Below, piece after piece: positions 1-12,619 of a stretch of 64,000 bases of DNA. The stretch is from assembly GCA_026770705.1 (NCBI GenBank), contig JANJGN010002606.1:1-64000 (forward strand). Reading direction: 5' to 3'. The position numbers and the translations under genes are program-made. The first letter of the stretch is position 1, and each line of letters opens with the position of its first letter. This stretch comes from Isurus oxyrinchus (Eukaryota). A model generated the notes under the pieces. The model had not been told where the DNA came from and did not search any database. It was given only the letters and a program-made list of their open reading frames with translations.

Positions 1-590
1 GGCCTGGTCTTGTAGGCATACTTTCATGCGCCTAGTTCAGTTCAGTTTCTGGTCAATGATAACACCCAGGATGTTGATATAGGGGGATTCAGAGATGGCA
101 ATGCCATTGCACGTCAAGGGGCGATGGTCAAATTCTCTCTTGTTGGAGATGGTCATTGTCTGGTACCTGTATGGTGTGAATATTACTTGCCACTTATCAG
201 CCCAAGTCTGGACATTGGCTCGGTCTTGCTGCATTTGGACATGGACTGCTTCAGTACCTGAGGAGTCGTGAATGGTGCTGAACATTGTGCAATCATCTGT
301 GGACCTCGTCACTTCTAACCTTCTGATCTAAGGAAGGTCATTGATGAAGCAGCTGAAGACGGTGGGGCTAAGGGCACTACCCTGAGGAACTCCTGCAGTG
401 ATGTCCTAGAACTGAGGTGATTGACTTTTAACAGCCACAACGATCTTCTTTTGTGCTGTGTATGACTATAACCACCGGAGATCTTTCCCCCAGATGCACA
501 TTGACTCCACTTTTGCCAGGGCTCCTTGACGCCACAGTCAGTCAAATGCTGCCTTGATGTCAAGGGCAGTCATTTTCAACTCCCCTCTGA
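1..590 (-). mobile_element. Non-LTR retrotransposon (CR1/L2-group LINE) RT fragment, decayed
   Basis: Minus ORF 37-312 reads VQTWADKWQVIFTP...NILGVIIDQKLN, the C-terminal RT region. Same family recurs at 21290-22510 and 34255-34725. Confidence 0.8.
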
Positions 591-1589
591 TAATAACGAG
601 AGAGGATCTCATATATAATTCTTAAGGGGCTGCAAGGACTTCAGCTTCACCGTGGAATCTAGTACCAAGGCTCACAGTCTCAGCATACGGGGTCGACAAT
701 TTGGTACTGATGGTTCTGTACCCATTGAGCTGTGGGGCTTCTGGTGACAAAAAGAATTAAGGAATATGGGGATATTCCTGTAACATGGAATTGAGATAGA
801 ATATGAACCATGAATTCACTGCTTGGTGGTGAAGACTCGAATGGTCGATTGCCTAATATATTCCTAGATCGTATATTTTTATGTTGAACTGTCTCCTTAT
901 TTTTACATAAATAGAGAGACGTGGTCTAGTGCATTCATTCGTGTTCCAGTGTCTAGTGTAATATAAACAAAAATATGATTTGGTATAATGCAACTGAGAT
1001 AAGTTCGAGTGGACTAAAGACAATGACATGTTCTTGTACAGTAATGACAGAGATAGGTCCTTGTGCACTATGAGCAGAATCTCCGTTCAGCTACCACTAC
1101 GTGTCTACAGATTTCCAAAGCGCCACTACAACACTGCCTCTTTATTTCTATTGCACATTTTTATTTTCAGCACTGCTTGAAAGTTTGACATTGTAGTTAA
1201 TGTAAAAATGGTGGGTGCAAGTTACTGATTCTCGTACTAGCAGGTCAACAGACACTGATGACCACCTCATCACGTTCAGCAGGAGGTAAAATGGGTTTTA
1301 TGTGCACTAATTGAAGATGAGCTTGTTTGATTTACGCACAGAAACATCAACGGCAGAGGAAAGTGGTTTGGACCCCAGCAATCTTTCTTTGGTTATTTAA
1401 GGTCAAGAGAGGGATATTGACCAATATATAGTGTAGGACCATGAGAACTTTAATTCCTCCCAGAACAGCCAAGGTTCATGATCTCCCCAAAAAGATAGCA
1501 TCTTTTCAATAGCCCGATTAGAATTCTGATATTTATGCTCAGGTTCTGAAGTTGAGGTGGAATCCACAATGTAATGACACTCAAATCAG

Positions 1590-1850
1590 AACAATCAGAA
1601 AGGAATAATTGGTATTCTAGTTGTGCGAGGCTTCTTGAGGATGAGTGACCAGAATATGATAGAATTCTTCATCAAGATGGAGAGTGACATAGTTGATTCT
1701 GAGACTAGGGCCCTGAATCTTAATAAAGGAAACTACGATGGTTTGAGGCGCGAGTTGGCTATGATGGATTGGGAAACGATACTTAAAGAGATGACGGTGG
1801 ATAGGCAATGGCAAACGTTCGAAGAGCGCATGGGTGAACTGAAACAATGT
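1590..1850 (+). mobile_element. CR1 LINE ORF2 fragment (endonuclease-RT linker)
   Basis: SDQNMIEF...LNLNKGNYDGLRRELAMMDWE resembles the CR1 ORF2 SDH motif and linker. Confidence 0.75.
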
Positions 1851-2706
1851 CACTTTAGCTGAAAGGCTTGAGGTAATATCTTATATTTACAAATATACCA
1901 TTGCATTCGCTAATGTAGTTCCTGTTAAGCTTCCCTATGCTAATATCACATAAAGCAGCCTGAAGAATACAATTACTAAACTTAATTCATCCAATTCCAA
2001 TTTATGGGCTCATCAAACCTAAAGGAAAGACGGGGCACACTCACCCCATCTAAACTGTGCCCGCTCTCTGGAAAAAAAGTGCCTATAATTAGTTGTACTC
2101 TCTTTCTCTTTTTCCAAACTCCTGCACGTCTTCCACTTCCAAGCATCCGTACAATTTCCTTTTGAAGGTTACAACTGAATATGGTCCCATCTCCCTAAGG
2201 AAAGAAAGTCCAGCTCACAGCAATTCGCTGCATTAAAAAAATTACCTTTTCCCCTTTATTCCTCTACGAATTGTCTGAACATTGGCTGCCGATCCTTCTG
2301 CCAGTGGAATTAGCATCTCACTAACAATTCTGTAAAACAAACCTTCAGAAATTTAGAAACTCTATTATAATCCCCCTGTAAGATTCTTGTCCTTTTTCTC
2401 TAATTTCTTCAGATACCCGAGGTGTCTCATCTCTGGTTCAATTTGAATAAATATCTTCTGAGCCTGCTCCAAAACTATTGCATGCTCCTGAAAGTGTGGT
2501 TTCAAATAAATTCAATACCTTTTTATCCCTTCAGATAAATTCTAGCGATATATGTTCGCTTACAACTAGTCTAAGCAATAATTTGCGTAATTCCAATCTC
2601 TGTACTAAGACTATTACTTTCGCCGACAGCGCACAGAATCACCTGTATGCTCAACAAAATTGGTTTGGTTAGAATCACCTGTATGCTCAACAAAATTGGT
2701 TTGTCT

Positions 2707-2845
2707 AGTTCTTTCGAAGGGTCATGAGGACGCGAAACGTCAACTCTTTTCTTCTCCGCCGATGCTGCCAGACCTGCTGAGTTTTTCCAGGTAATTCTGT
2801 TTTTGTTTTGGATTTCCAGCATCCGCAGTTTTTTTGTTTTTATAT
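2707..2845 (+). mobile_element. Short Penelope-derived element with degenerate hammerhead motif (copy A)
   Basis: agtt ctttcga agggtc atgag gacgc gaaac gtc aact, followed by the gatgctgccagacctgctgagtttttccag tail shared with the other copies. ATTGGTTT flanks it at 2695-2702 and 2847-2854. Confidence 0.75.
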
Positions 2846-3768
2846 TATTGGTTTATTTTCAATGTCCGTTAGATCACTGCCGCCACCTGCTGACCAACAC
2901 CCTCTACTACAGGCCCTGGAGTTTATCTAAAATGATTCAGAATTCTACACGTAACATTTGCTAGTGAATTTCACTCAGTGAAGTTTTTCAGCGCAAACCA
3001 CGAGAGACAAGAGATGAAAAGGATTTAAGACGCAAGTGCCAATATTACTGTTATGAATTTCGAGAAGTTTTCCGTGAGAAGGTGTGCAGTTACTGAGGAA
3101 GAGACTGGCAGTGAAGAAAGGAACAAAACCATTTCTGCCGGTGGAGTGGGTTGAACAGCTGCAGCTCAGTTTCTTCTGGCGGAGGCTCACTTGCGCCCAT
3201 TTTATAGCGCATTCCAAATATCTGCAACGAGCACAGGGCGTATCGAAATTTTAGTGATATTTTCAGTGCACAGTTGCAACACGGAGATGTTTGCGCCATC
3301 TTTTTACTTATACTTTCATTACGCTAGACAGACGTTCATGTGATAGAATCAGAGGCATGGCGTAATAAAATATAAACAGGGCCAGGGCCCAATATAATAA
3401 AAGTCCAGAGACAGCGTCTGATGCAATATAAACAAAGGTATGCATTTATGCAGCAACATCTGACACATGGCCAAATGTAATATAAATTATTATATTATAA
3501 TATAATGCATCGTATTATGAAATACTATAATATAATAGCATTACATAATCAAATGTAGCTACGTAGGACAATCCGTTGTGACTCTATTCTATGCATGGGT
3601 AAGGCATCCAAAGTTTGTGGGCTTGAATCCCACCAGGGTCAAATTTTGAAGGGACGAATAGAGACAAACTCAGCTCTGATTCTGCAGCAGTGATAACTGC
3701 GACGGCGTTCTTGTGTAATGTCACGTGAAATAGATGCAAAGCTGGAATAAACTCGACAGGTTCTTCTG

Positions 3769-4300
3769 TTGAGGCTACAGCTGGAGTACTGTGCGCAGTT
3801 CTGGTCGCCACATTATAGGAAGGATGTGATTGCACTGGAGGGAGTGCAGAGGAGATTCACCAGAATGTTGCCTGGGATGAAACATTTAAGTAATGAAGAG
3901 AGGTTGGATAGATTTGGGTTGTTTTCGTTGGAGCAGAGAAGATTGATGAGCGATCTCATCGAGGTGTACAAGATTATGAGGGTTAGCACCCCTTACCTGA
4001 AAGGTCAGTCATAAGGGGGGCATAAGTTCACGGTGAGGGGCAGGAGGTTTAAGGGGGATGTGAGGAAAGCTTTTTTTGCCCAGAGGGTGGTGACGGTCTG
4101 GAATGCACTGCCTGGGAGGGGGGTGGAAGCGGGTTGCCTCACATCCTGAAAAAGTACCTGGATGAGCACTTGGCACATCGTAACATTTAAGGCGATGGGC
4201 CAACTGCTGGTAAATTGGAGCAGTTAGATAAGTCAGGTGTTTCTCACGTGTCGGTGCAGACTCGATGGGCCAAAGGGCCTCTTCTGCACTGTGATTCTGT
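3769..4300 (+). mobile_element. CR1 LINE 3' end
   Basis: LEYCAQFWSPHYRKDVIALEGVQRRFTRMLPG...EERLDRFGLFSLEQRR is the CR1 ORF2 C-terminus; 3'UTR follows. Confidence 0.9.
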
Positions 4301-4684
4301 GAATATAAACAGATGTTTCATCAGTCCAGCAATAACAGAAACAGTGTCTCATATTGTATAAATGGAGAAAGAGCTTCGTGTTACATACACAGTGATAGAG
4401 AGCATATATATGGTTCTGAGCTAAGATATCCATTTGCTTGAGGAATCGAATGACCTCAACTATCAATAATCTATGAAAATTCAGTCACCTGAGCTTACAT
4501 TGATTAGACGCACAGCCACCTCCATTTGACCTTGCATGGCATGACCTATAGTCAATTCCCCACCAACAACATCCTGATCACCCGTGGCTACAGCAGCCCA
4601 ACAGAGTTTGAACATTATGCGGATTCCCAATTGTAGCTGTTGCATGTGAAGCCCATAGGATGCACTGCAGCAGCACACAAAGCC

Positions 4685-5060
4685 TCTATTTTATTAATTT
4701 ATGGGATGTGGGCTTCGCTGGCAGGGGCAGCATTTATTGCCCACCACAAGTTGCCCTTTGGAACGTGGTGGTGAGCTTCCTTCTTTAACCACTGCAGTCT
4801 ATGAGGTGTAGGTACACCCGCAGTGCTGTTAGGGAGTGCCAGGCTTTTGGCCCAGCGATAGTGGAGTAACAGCGATATATTTCCAAGTCAGGATGGTCAG
4901 TGACTTGGCGGAGAAGTTCCAAGTAGAGATGTTCCTATCTCTCTGCTTCCCTTGTCCTTATAGGCTTTAGTGGTCGTGGGTTTGGAAGGTGCTGTCGATG
5001 GAGCCTTGGTGATTTCCTGCAGTGCACCTTTAGATGGTACACACTGCTGCTTCTGTGCAT
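4685..5060 (-). mobile_element. LINE 3' end / SINE tail fragment
   Basis: tttatgggatgtgggcttcgctggc...gtggtggtgagc; the same tail appears at 23428, 43880 and 62372. Confidence 0.7.
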
Positions 5061-6477
5061 CGGTAGTAAGTACCGCCCAAACCCATGATGTCAATCACTT
5101 AGAAGGGCAACTGAACATGGTAGAACCATCACATCCACTTTCCCCTCCAAGTCAAACATCATTCCAACTTATTTATATCGCCGGTCTTTCATCGACCCTG
5201 GGTCTTAATTTTGTAAATCCTAGCTAACAGCATTGTGCAGACAACTTGCGCAGAGGGGCTGATGTGGTTCATGAAGGTTGCTCACCAGTGGGAAGTAGAA
5301 AGCTGCATTAAATACCAGCCTTGATACTGATGTTCACATCATGAGTATAGAGGCGAAATAATACGAGGAACAGTGGATCCAGAATCACAAATACCTGGCG
5401 TTATCTTTCTTGCTTTTGTTAGTTCTTTCTTTCATTTTTACTGTATATTTGAATTCTTTCCTTTTTCTTCTTTCTCTATTTCAGATTTTCTCTCCTCTCC
5501 TCCCTCTTCCACTTTGATTCATTAATTCTCTTTCTGCTTTTGGAATATGATGAGTTACCTTGCATCACAAGAGTATTACTTTTTTGAGCATGACGATAAG
5601 GCAGTGATGGAACGGCGAATTTTTAAACACAAACCCCGCCCAGCACAGTGTTCTACCCAACCCGGGTCTCTCCTCCTCCTTTATGAATGACATTGTGAGC
5701 GATGCCGTCAAATGCGGCAGGAGGACAAGACAGTTCTCCTGTTCAAACCCAGATAATTGATTTGTTACGTTTTGATAACAGCAGAATTGCACGAGACGCT
5801 TCCTCCGCTCTAGCTCTACATATATGCAAACCCGTTTTTCCACGGTACTCTAACAGATTACAACAACAAATAGAACTGCTCTTCCAAGGGGCTGTTGTTG
5901 CATCATAATAGATCCCATGTCGTACCGCTGTCCCGTTATATTCTGATTGGTGTTCGGCAAGTATGGCCAGGCCTGGTATCTGTTTACACTTTGTGGTGCC
6001 ATGAGGCATTCTAACACAGTTAGAGTTATAGTTGCCCCTCAGTTCTGTTTTATTTCAAGGGAGATTCGGGCAGATTCGGTATAACAAGCTCAGATAACAC
6101 TCTACGTGGCTGAATGAGATGGTGTGATAAAAGATTGTAGGTAATAGACACAACAAACCTCCGTGACCCCGATCTGTAGTGGCACTGACAGCGCACAAAG
6201 GCTCCCCGTTTTATTTTTCATCGGGATAACAACAGGAAAATTGACATGGATTTTGCCAAGAGAAGATTCGAGGCCAAGCAGACTAATGCAGAAAAAAAAG
6301 TTTCCTTTATCGATCACTGGAGAGGAAATCTAGGACACCGCCGCATCTTTCTGTGTGCTGAGGATCACAATTGTTTCAAACTCATCTGTCGCTGTACAAA
6401 AACCTCAGCGATATAGAACTACCATATGCTTTCTCCCCAGGTCAAACGAACATGACCTACTCTGTTAGTGCCATCCG

Positions 6478-6820
6478 CTGCTCAGTCGGTCTGACTCCTG
6501 CATCTGAATTATAAGCTTATAAATTCAATTCTCACTCCAGAGAGTTCAGTCCACAATCCAGGCTGATTCTCGGGTGCCAGAGGAGACGTTGAACCGAGGG
6601 TCCGGCGACTCTCTTAGATAAAAAGATTCCAGGCCTCCATTTGGTAGAATGATAGAGCACTTCTCTCAAGTTTCCTGGACCCATTCTAATGTCTAAACCG
6701 ACATCACTAAAAGAGCTTACCATGTTGCCTTTTTGTGGGAGCTTGTTGTGTATATATTAGTTACCGCATTTCCTACATTTCAACAGCGGCTGCCCTGCGA
6801 ATTGCTGCATTAACGTTTTA
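6478..6820 (+). mobile_element. tRNA-derived SINE, Deu-domain-like, decayed
   Basis: tRNA-like head, gagacgttgaaccgagg core and tgtgggagcttgttgtg tail. Related fragments at about 1410-1590, 16770-17020 and 24060-24470. Family assigned from memory. Confidence 0.55.
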
Positions 6821-7344
6821 AGGTGTGTAGGGAAGGCTGGATTTGCTCACTGCCATTGTTCGTATGTGTAACATATTAAATATTGCAATTCCTGGAACTG
6901 TCTCAACTTCTAGAATCACTTCGATGATGTTAGTTACTTGACTGGATATCACACCTGCACAATGGTGCGCTGTGCCTTCAAAGGAGCTGAGAGGATTTGC
7001 AACAATCTGCAAAAAATATTTGAGCAGAGACCCGAAACAACTCTTTATATCTGAGCGATCAATGTAAGGGTGAACACAGAGCAGCTTACCGCTGATTTCA
7101 ACGAGCTTCATTAACTTTCATCTGGCTTTCTCCTCCATGTTTTGTTTACACACATCCTCCAAATCAAGATTTTGGATAACTCAGTGTTATTTGGGAAATT
7201 CAGATGGGAAACTCAGGATGGCAGCTATTTTCAGTAAAATGTTAAAAATATAATCCACTATATTAGTCGAAATTCTATTCTCTTGCTCTTTCTGAAGCAA
7301 CGGTTTACTTCCAATGCTTGTTAAAGTCAAAGGTTAACTTCAGT

Positions 7345-8420
7345 TACCTGGATGGCTGGCGGACAGCAGAGAGCGTGGATAAATGGCTCTTCTTCGGTTT
7401 GGCAGAATGTAATGAGAGGAGTCAGTATGGGGCCTCATTTTTTTAACGATTTACATCAAGGATTTGGATGAGGTGAGTGAAGTCATGCTAGCTAAATTTG
7501 CAGATGACACAGAGATAGGTAGGAAAGTATGCTGCGAAGAGGGCATGAGGAGGTTGCAGGTGGATATGGATAGGTTGAATCAGTGGGCAGAGACCTGATA
7601 AATTGAGTGTAATGTGGGAAAATATGAAGGTGTTCACTTTGGCAGGGAGAAGAAAAAAGCAAAGTATTACTTAAATGGATAATGACTGCATAATTCTGAG
7701 GTGCAGATGGATCCACGTGTTCTAGCTCATGAGTCACAAAAAGTGATTTTGCAGACACTGGAAATAAGTAAGAAGGCTAATGGAATGCTATGCTTTATTA
7801 CGAGAGGGATTGAATATAAAAGTACGAATGATATGCTTCAGTTATACAGGACATTGTTGAGACGGCACCTCGAATACTGTGTGCTGTTCTGTTCTACTTT
7901 TTTAGGGAAGGTTGTAAATGCATTACAGGTGGTTGAAAGGAGATTTACTAGATTGATGTCTGGAATGAGTGGGTTGTCTTATGAGGAAAGGTTGGACAGA
8001 CTGGGTTTGTTTCCACTGGAGTTTACAAGAGTGAGGGGTGATTTCGTTGATGTATACAAAATCCTGAACGGCCTTGACAAGGTGGACGTCAAAAGAATGT
8101 TCCCTCTTGTGGGTGAGCCCAGAACTAGGGGGCACTGTTTTAAAATAAGTGTTCACCCTTTGAGAACAGAGATGAGGAGAATTTTCTTCTCTCAGAGGGT
8201 TGTGCGTCCTTGGAACTCTGCCTCAGAAGGCAGTGGAGGCGGGGTCATTGAATAGTTTTAAGCAGAGGTAGACAGATTCTTGTTAGGCAAGGGAATCACA
8301 GTTAGATAGGAATGTGGAAATCAAAACACAAGAAGATCAGCCACGATCTTATTGAATGGCGGAGCAGGCTCGTGGGGCCGAATGGTCCACTCCTGTTCCC
8401 AGTACTATGTTCTTATGTAA
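7345..8420 (+). mobile_element. CR1 LINE ORF2 RT and 3' end
   Basis: KFADDT motif at about 7495; ORF 7701-8255 is the CR1 C-terminus. Confidence 0.9.
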
Positions 8421-8927
8421 TCAGTTCTTATACCTTTGAAAGCCTTTTTTGTGCTCGCTGTGTGAGGGTCGGAGAAGATGTGTTGTTAAGCGCCAACAAT
8501 GATTTCAACCAGTTCACTTGGATATCTCTTAACATATTTCGGGAACATTAAAGCATCAAAAAAAGTTTTTTAAAAATACACAGACTAATCTGACACCAAA
8601 AAGCACGAAATAATGGGGCACGTGACAATGATTGGAAGAGACGGTCTTTGCTTCGGGATCGGGTAACAAGCTCAGTGTCTGCCATCGTCGGCTGCTCTTG
8701 AGGAAGACCCAAAGACACGGTTGTGGGGAGGGGGAACCACATAATTTTCAGCAGTTAGCCCAGAGGAACAAATGGAAGAGAGAAACAGTGAGTCAATCTG
8801 TTTGTTCACTGACCTGTAACTAAGGTGCAGATTGTAATTTAATTGTCCCTCTGGAGACTGTCATTTAGAATAAATGAGGGATGCTTTGATACACATCTTC
8901 GGTAATTCCTTGAGTTTCTGAGAGACG

Positions 8928-8997
8928 ATGCACGGGCCAGCGAAAGGCCTCTTCTTCGCTATTTGCTATCCCATTCTCGCTGTTATTGGTGTGCCTG
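8928..8997 (+). CDS. GPR139/GPR142-like class A GPCR, exon 1 (MHGPAKGLFFAICYPILAVIGVP)
   Basis: ATG at 8928, hydrophobic TM1 start and GTAAGT donor at 8998. Phase 1 joins exon 2 to give GVP-A-NLL. Confidence 0.85.
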
Positions 8998-9799
8998 GTA
9001 AGTGATGAATCCCGAATAAATGTTTGTGTTGATGTAAATCTCTAGATGTTTAGTCTCTTCTCTTCAGAGTCTGCATTTAAGGGAGTTCAATCGAATTATA
9101 TCGGTGCTCTGTATGATATTATACTGTGTTATGTTGGATTATAGCTCTACTTGCACTTGCATTATGGGGCATTGCAAAATATTATTCAATTTATTATGCT
9201 GCATATTTAGAGAAATGCTTTTTATTAGAATGCTGAGATATGAATTGTAATGTTTGCCTTTGCATAGACATTAACCTGTTATATTGTTGAACATCGTGTT
9301 TTATTCTAATCCAGTCAAATGCAATCTAGCATTTTGAGTATTGAGCGAGATCATTGCATATCATCATGTACTGACCTGCATTTTCGTGCGCTGGTCCTAT
9401 CAATATATCAGAAAATTAATTGTTACAGTGCAATTATTCAATTAAATGAATTGTAATATAAAATACTTTCAGTGATAATACACATATACAATGCAACCTC
9501 TAGAAGTATGTAAAATTTACAGTATGATTTCCCACTGGGCAGTCCTAATTGTTAATCTGGCTTTGGGATTTAATCATGGAATCGTTTGAAAAAGGGGAGT
9601 GAGGTCTCAAGATTTTTAATGTGCTTTGCTTTGTGCTGGTAGGTCTTATAAATTTTGGATAGTTATATTTTTAATCATCAGCGGGATGTGGGTGTCCGTG
9701 ACAAGATCAACATTTATTGCTCTTCACTAGTTTCCACTTCAGAAAGTGGGGTTGCATTTGTTTCTTCAGCCGATCCTGTATGTATGGCACGGATGCTTC

Positions 9800-10420
9800 A
9801 CAGGAACTTCACCTGATTAATTTCATACTGAACGGCGCAAGGGGATATTTGACCAAAGGGTACTCACAGAGTTTACTTCTAAGGAACGTTCTAAAGAGGA
9901 AAGAAGAGCTGGAGCCGTAGAGGGAGGGGTTTTCAGAGATCAGAGCGTCGGCAGCTAAACGCTGAACCTCTACAAATGAAAAGATTAATGCCAGGGGCAC
10001 GAAACTGCAGAATTGGAAGCATATGATGGATCTCAGACAGTTGCAGTGTGTTACAGGAATTGAAGAAGGCGAGATAACAGAAGAAGTTAAAAATGGACGG
10101 ACGAGGTTATTAAAACAGAGACGTTGCCATTCAGGGGGGCATTGGGCTGATGGATGGGCGGAACTTTTGCCGTTTTATGCCAATAAGGGCAGCGGTAGCA
10201 AATGTTTCAGATAATCTTAAATTGGATAGTTAGGCCTGAAGATTGCCTCAGTGTACAGAGAGTGAAGTTTGGAGTGAGAATGAGAGGATTGCCTCATGTT
10301 TTGACTAATAGTTTATCCAGCATTGGATGCCAGACAATTACCAAAGACTTGACAATAGTCGCAGCCTGGAGGTGGCAAAATGACGGGTAAGGAGGGTTTA
10401 AGTAACAGATTCGATGAGGC
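9800..10420 (-). mobile_element. L2-like LINE 3' fragment in the GPCR intron
   Basis: Resembles the L2 fragments at 54830-55760, 58560-59070 and 63230-63690. Confidence 0.5.
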
Positions 10421-10476
10421 AGTATCTCATGTTTGGAATCCGCTTGGTAACATCTCTACCCCTTTATCCCTCACAG

Positions 10477-11378
10477 CCAACTTGCTAGCGATCGTAATTC
10501 TATCTCGAGGGTGCTGCGGGCTCTCCCGCTGCACCACCTACTACCTGATGGCAATCGCGGTGAGCGATTTCCTGGTCATCATCACCGCCGGCATCCTCAA
10601 CCGGATCGGCCGCATCTACTTTCAGGACAGTGTCCTCTCCACCACTCCCGCATGCGCACTCAGCAATGTGCTGGTCTTTACCATCCGGGATGTGTCAGTC
10701 TGGCTGACGGTCGCCTTCACCATTGACCGTTTTGTGGCCATCTGCTGTCAGAGCCTGAAGAGCAGATATTGCACTGAGAAAACTGCGTTGCTGGTTATAG
10801 GACTGGTCAGCGCCCTGAGCTGCGTGAGGAATGCCCCTTTCTACTTCAGCTACCAGCCTTTGTACATCCTGGACGGAGTGTCCTGGTTCTGTGCCATTAA
10901 GCCTGCCTTTTATATTCTTACCGCCTGGCATGCCTTTGATTGGCTGAACCGCATCTTAACCCCCTTTCTCCCATTCCTCCTCATTCTGCTTCTCAATGCC
11001 CTGACCGTAAGGCACATTCTAATGGCCAGCAGAGCCCGCAGGAGGCTCCGGGGCACCGAGAGTCACGGAGACCAGGAAATCATCAATCGCAAGCGGTCCA
11101 TTGTCCTGCTTTTTGCCATCTCGCTCAGCTTCCTCCTCCTGTGGGCCATCTTTGTTGGACATTTCCTCTATGTGCGGATTACAGGCGAGGGCTATCTCAC
11201 CAGCCTGAATTTCAATGATCCAGATTACATCGTTCAGGAGACCACCAACATGCTCCAGTTGTTCAGTTCCTGCAACAATGTCTTCATCTATGCCGTGGCC
11301 CAGAACAAGTTCCGAGAACAGCTGAAGAAAGTGATGATGTGTCCCTTCACCACGGTCACTGTTTGCTTTAAATGGTAA
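10477..11378 (+). CDS. GPR139/GPR142-like class A GPCR, exon 2 (spliced protein 323 aa)
   Basis: Pyrimidine tract plus CAG acceptor ending at 10476. Seven hydrophobic segments in the spliced protein, AVSD in TM2, DRF at the end of TM3, a TM3/ECL2 Cys pair, NVFIY in TM7, and an uninterrupted frame to TAA 11378. Confidence 0.92.
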
Positions 11379-12059
11379 AAACAGGTTAAAACACCTTTGC
11401 GTTAATTCACTTCCATCAGAGTAGTTCAGTGTGTCGCTCTGTCCAGCATAAAAATGTCCTAGGCTCTGTCTTTCGGACTTCAGAGATGTAAGGCCCGTAT
11501 TCCAATGGCGACAGTCCCCCTGTCTGAAGGGATTTTGAAATATCACAGTTGCTGCCTGCCTAGATGAGATACAAAGGCTGATTCTTCCTTTCTCTTTCTT
11601 TCTTTCCTTCTTTCTTCCTTTCTCAGTCATACCGCTAAGGCTCTAACCCCTCGAAATTTACACCGAATGCAGAAAGGAAAGCATTTGAACAAATGGGAAA
11701 TTCTTCCTTTCTCAGTGAATCGTGATCTGAAATTTGTTGCCTGAAAGGGAGCTGGGCGCACAGTGGATTAAAATTTTCAAATGTTCATTAATAAATACTG
11801 GAACAGGACGACATTTGGAAAAGAGCAAGGGAAACTAAGTAACTTGATGGATCTATCAGAAACCCGGAATACACATTGTGGCCTACTGACCTCCTGCAAA
11901 ACTCTATTGTTACACAACACTGCAGTGGTATTTCACACTGGATGAAGACCCTTATAAGAAATGCTGCAGCTAATTGCTCAGCGTCAGATCCCCAATCTCA
12001 TTCGGAACATTGAAGGCCACCTATCTGCTCATCGGTTGGTGAGAGAGTTTGGGTGGGAG

Positions 12060-12235
12060 CAAAATAAAGCAAATGCTGGAAATCAGAAATAAAAACAGAA
12101 AAGGTTGGAAAACTCAGCAGGCCTGACAGTGTCTGTGGAAGAGTCATGAGGACATGAAACGTTAACTTTGTTCCTCTTTCCACAGATGCTGCCAGGCATA
12201 TTGAGTTTTTCCAGTATTTTCCATTTTTATTTCAG
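12060..12235. mobile_element. Fold-back pair of Penelope terminal fragments enclosing a hammerhead-like core (copy B)
   Basis: Left arm 12060-12140 is the imperfect reverse complement of 12178-12235. The centre is ctgtgga agagtc atgag gacat gaaac gtt aac. Confidence 0.7.
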
Positions 12236-12619
12236 AGTGTAGATGGATGCGGGAGGTTCAAAACACAGCAAAACAATGACATACCCTCTTATAATATTAA
12301 CAGCGACAGTGGATGATCTAATGAAATGAAAACAAAACAGGTGTCTGCTGTCACATGAACAGTCGAAATATGTCATGATGTAATCACAAGATATGAACTA
12401 ATCTCCTGAAGAGAACCGGTTTAATTTAATAGAGACATGTTCTCATAAATTCATACCAGAGAAAGGAACTAATCTAATGTAAACGTGTATCTGTTTTACT
12501 TCATCAATAACTGAGCCAGAAATTCACGTTATATAAAAAGAGAAACTCTGAAGTGTAATCAAAGTTTAAACAGGGTCGCCTGTTATTTAAGCAATGGCAT
12601 GTCCTTGCACAATGTTAAA

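Noticed and set aside
3565-3642. Possible tRNA-Ser/Leu relic (gtgggcttgaatcccacc)
   Set aside because: Only a T-arm-like hairpin; no cloverleaf can be built.
10380-10476. N-terminal extension of the GPCR ORF
   Set aside because: Lies upstream of a good splice acceptor and partly in L2-derived sequence; exon 1 at 8928 supplies TM1.
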